53,640 nt of DNA from Octopus bimaculoides. Taxonomy: Eukaryota. Below the pieces are notes generated by a model. The model did not search any database and was not told where the DNA came from. It was given only the letters and a program-made list of their open reading frames with translations. The first letter of the stretch is position 1; each line of letters opens with the position of its first letter. Position numbers and translations under genes: made by a program. Where the stretch lies: assembly GCF_001194135.2 (NCBI RefSeq), contig NC_068989.1, forward strand, positions 64,339,858 through 64,393,497, written 5' to 3'. Positions 49,447-53,640 of this stretch are shown here, piece after piece.

Positions 49447-50893
49447 NNNNNNNNNNNNNNNNNNNNNNNNNNNNNNNNNNNNNNNNNNNNNNNNNNNNNN
49501 NNNNNNNNNNNNNNNNNNNNNNNNNNNNNNNNNNNNNNNNNNNNNNNNNNNNNNNNNNNNNNNNNNNNNNNNNNNNNNNNNNNNNNNNNNNNNNNNNNNN
49601 NNNNNNNNNNNNNNNNNNNNNNNNNNNNNNNNNNNNNNNNNNNNNNNNNNNNNNNNNNNNNNNNNNNNNNNNNNNNNNNNNNNNNNNNNNNNNNNNNNNN
49701 NNNNNNNNNNNNNNNNNNNNNNNNNNNNNNNNNNNNNNNNNNNNNNNNNNNNNNNNNNNNNNNNNNNNNNNNNNNNNNNNNNNNNNNNNNNNNNNNNNNN
49801 NNNNNNNNNNNNNNNNNNNNNNNNNNNNNNNNNNNNNNNNNNNNNNNNNNNNNNNNNNNNNNNNNNNNNNNNNNNNNNNNNNNNNNNNNNNNNNNNNNNN
49901 NNNNNNNNNNNNNNNNNNNNNNNNNNNNNNNNNNNNNNNNNNNNNNNNNNNNNNNNNNNNNNNNNNNNNNNNNNNNNNNNNNNNNNNNNNNNNNNNNNNN
50001 NNNNNNNNNNNNNNNNNNNNNNNNNNNNNNNNNNNNNNNNNNNNNNNNNNNNNNNNNNNNNNNNNNNNNNNNNNNNNNNNNNNNNNNNNNNNNNNNNNNN
50101 NNNNNNNNNNNNNNNNNNNNNNNNNNNNNNNNNNNNNNNTATATATATATATATATATATATATGGACCAAATTCATTTGCAGAGTGACTTTAATTTCCA
50201 TGTTTTCCCGGCAGTGGCTTGTCAAAACATCAGACACTTTGGATTATGCATAATATACGCAAATACATATATTGCATATTATTTGTACATTTATATACGT
50301 ATATGTCTAAATGAATATACAAATATATAAATATATATGTATAGGCGTGCTTGTGTGGGAAGAAGCTTACTTCCTAACCACATGGTGCTGGGTTCAGTCC
50401 CACTGCGTAGCAACTTGAACAAGACCTTGTGCACAAGCTTCGGGCCAACCAAAGCCTTGTGTGTGGATTTGGAAGATGGAAACTGAAAGAAGCTCGTCGT
50501 ATATATATATATTTGTATATCCAGGAAAGTTAGGGGTTGTGAATCCAACCCACTAAGGGATAATATCTATCCAATATAATATATATATGTGTGTATATAT
50601 ATGTATATATGTATGTATATATGTGTGTGTGTATGTATGTCTGTGGATATGAGCGTGTGTTTGTGATTGTGTTTGTCACCCGCCATCGCTTGATAATCTA
50701 TAGAGTTGTTTTTACGTCCCTGTAGCTTAGAGGTTCGCCAAAAGTGACCGATAGAATAAGTACCAGTACTGGAATCGATTCATTCGATTAAAATTCTTCA
50801 ATCGTGGGGCTCCAACATGGCCACCATCTAATGATTGTAACAAAATAAAAGATAAAATACAAAAGATACGTAAACGCACACACGCCCGCCTAA

Positions 50894-50946
<53 letters not shown>

Positions 50947-51359
50947 AACGTATGTATGTATATATATATAAATACACACACACACATTCACACCCACCTT
51001 TATATCCATCCACCCATATACATGTAAACTTGTAGAGGATTATATTTTGCACAAGGTGTTATAAACCAAGTTTTCTTTAACAGAGGGCAAGGTTTAAAAC
51101 GTAGAAATATCTACAAGGACTTGCTTACTCACACGAGTATCTCATCGAGTATTTATTTTGGTGTGAAGTCGATAAACAAATCGCAAAATTTATGTTTTAG
51201 GAATTATATTTTAGCAAATTGAAACGTATGTAGATAGTAAAGACAACAAACAAAACGACATAGATTCATATGTACAGGTCAGGGGTTCCCACCCTTTCCA
51301 CAGTGGTTCTCTTTTATTCAAATGCATTTCCCACGTTTTCTCCTTTAACATGCTTATCC

Positions 51360-51448
<89 letters not shown>

Positions 51449-52200
51449 CACACACATATATATATATATATANNNNNNNNNNNNNNNNNNNNNNNNNNNN
51501 NNNNNNNNNNNNNNNNNNNNNNNNNNNNNNNNNNNNNNNNNNNNNNNNNNNNNNNNNNNNNNNNNNNNNNNNNNNNNNNNNNNNNNNNNNNNNNNNNNNN
51601 NNNNNNNNNNNNNNNNNNNNNNNNNNNNNNNNNNNNNNNNNNNNNNNNNNNNNNNNNNNNNNNNNNNNNNNNNNNNNNNNNNNNNNNNNNNNNNNNNNNN
51701 NNNNNNNNNNNNNNNNNNNNNNNNNNNNNNNNNNNNNNNNNNNNNNNNNNNNNNNNNNNNNNNNNNNNNNNNNNNNNNNNNNNNNNNNNNNNNNNNNNNN
51801 NNNNNNNNNNNNNNNNNNNNNNNNNNNNNNNNNNNNNNNNNNNNNNNNNNNNNNNNNNNNNNNNNNNNNNNNNNNNNNNNNNNNNNNNNNNNNNNNNNNN
51901 NNNNNNNNNNNNNNNNNNNNNNNNNNNNNNNNNNNNNNNNNNNNNNNNNNNNNNNNNNNNNNNNNNNNNNNNNNNNNNNNNNNNNNNNNNNNNNNNNNNN
52001 NNNNNNNNNNNNNNNNNNNNNNNNNNNNNNNNNNNNNNNNNNNNNNNNNNNNNNNNNNNNNNNNNNNNNNNNNNNNNNNNNNNNNNNNNNNNNNNNNNNN
52101 NNNNNNNNNNNNNNNNNNNNNNNNNNNNNNNNNNNNNNNNNNNNNNNNNNNNNNNNNNNNNNNNNNNNNNNCCAGGTTTTTGTCTCTCTCACCAAGGTCA

Positions 52201-52259
52201 GCAGCTATCGAACGCCGACGAAGGGAAATAACCCTGAAATCCGGATCCGTTCGTGCTGC
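52201..52259 (+). ncRNA. Minimal type I hammerhead ribozyme motif, Penelope-like-element type
   Basis: Stem I CGAACG/CGTTCG extended by GCAGC/GCTGC across an internal loop; core CCGACGA; stem II AGGG-aaataa-CCCT; GAAA; palindromic stem III TCCGGA; AUC cleavage triplet. Confidence 0.8.
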
Positions 52260-52460
52260 AGATCGTGGTGAGAGGGATAACTTCCCTTGGCAAACAGGAC
52301 ACAGTCGTGTGTCGATAAGCCAGCTGGAGGAGATGTCCTCCTGGGGCTAAAAGCAACAGTAACATCCACCCCTAGGGGTCAGCCACACTTAAGTGGCAAT
52401 ATACTACACTTTATCGTGCAGTTACTGTTAATACTTCATTTAGAGAATTAACATTGCTTA

Positions 52461-52492
<32 letters not shown>

Positions 52493-52912
52493 AATATAGA
52501 GAAAGAGTAAGAGTGTATATGTATATATATATATATATTAATATTAATCAAAAGGCATATTAAGTATGTTTACCTGCTGGAATCAACTGTCCAAATGGAA
52601 CCTTGACCTGCCACCTTAACAATGATTTATTTTCACTTTGGACGGTTGATTTCTGTGGTTATTATCAGTGTATTTTGGCGATTTAAATAAGAGTTTTCAC
52701 TGTTATTTCCAGCAGGTAGACATACTTAGTATATCTTCTGATTAATTTTAATCCTTCAGCTATCCAATACTTTTTTTTGGACCTGCAATCGCCTATACTA
52801 TTGATTCTGTTATTATCATTTTTAAATTGTTAGACTTGATTATAATAGAGTCAATGATATCTTCGCAAATTATTTTCCCGTGAATTATTTTTCTCGTGAA
52901 CTATTTGCATTG

Positions 52913-52953
<41 letters not shown>

Positions 52954-53018
52954 GGCATGGTTTCTGAATTCTCAGTATGTTGGAGAAGCAGGTTTCTGCT
53001 AATCCCTATATATTTATG

Positions 53019-53056
<38 letters not shown>

Positions 53057-53381
53057 TTTAAATTTAGTTCACGGACCCCAGTAGTACTCTTGTGGACTAC
53101 CAGGGGTCTGCGGCTACAGGTTGGGAACCACTAGTATAGGTAATAAGTTAATATAACTTATTTGGCGGGAATTAGTCAATGCTAGGTTACTGATTGTTAA
53201 TAGTTGTTAATAGATGTTTATTAATTTCGATCCAAGTTGTATTACTCGAAGAAAAATATAAATATTAGATAGATAAATAGGTGATATCTTGAAAAATGTT
53301 TATATGTATGTATGTATGTATGTATGTATGCATGTATGTATGTATGTATGTATGTATGTATGTATGAATGTATGTATGTAT

Positions 53382-53640
53382 GGAAGGAGACTCCGGCAGA
53401 AACCAAGACTGCGATTTAAGGACTGTGTCAAGTCCTCATTAAAGGCCTGTGATATGCAGGACACTGACTGGGAGAACAATGCCTGTCATCGCCACAGATG
53501 GAGGAAGCAGGTTAAGAAGGGGATCGACATTTTTGAGAGAGCACGTATCCAGCATGAAGAACTTAAGCGAGCTGCGCAAAAGCGCACGGCTCGTATAGTG
53601 AATGGGGAAAGCTTGGTCTGCAATGTTTGCAGTCGCGTAT
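53382..53640 (+). mobile_element. RTE-clade LINE 3' coding end, runs off the window
   Basis: Open frame GRRLRQKPRLRFKDCVKSSLKAC...W....HRHRWRKQVKKG...LVCNVCSR. Confidence 0.8.

Larger units (their letters stand above)
11581..52171. other. Ten assembly gaps
   Basis: N-runs at 11581-11714, 12420-12473, 18499-19057, 25405-25895, 30417-30540, 35057-35507, 37859-38216, 42747-42885, 49447-50140, 51473-52171; nearly all border (TA)n, (CA)n or (TC)n tracts. Confidence 0.99.

Noticed and set aside
11531-52271. Long ORFs containing X runs and YI/HT/CV repeats
   Set aside because: Artefacts of N-gaps and dinucleotide microsatellites.

Overview
AT-rich, microsatellite- and repeat-dense animal genomic DNA from a gapped draft assembly (10 N-runs, almost all next to microsatellites). 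The SINE/LINE content suggests an octopus (coleoid cephalopod); this is inference. Two spliced genes could be rebuilt by hand, and the ORF track mostly misses both. (1) On +, the last 10 coding exons of an M1-family aminopeptidase O (AOPEP) homologue, 2472-25362. (2) On -, convergent with it, a gene I do not recognise, about 27507-36899. It has a signal-peptide exon, a chain of 16-51 nt micro/mini-exons and a terminal exon with a six-cysteine motif, giving a predicted secreted precursor of about 132-139 aa. The rest is tRNA-related SINE modules, RTE/R4/Tx1/HERO LINE fragments, mariner/Tigger/maT/hAT relics, piggyBac and hAT MITEs, several minisatellites (one built from overlapping STAT-like and NF-kB-like motifs) and a well-formed minimal type I hammerhead ribozyme motif at 52201-52259. 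Repeat coordinates are approximate; exon coordinates were counted base by base.
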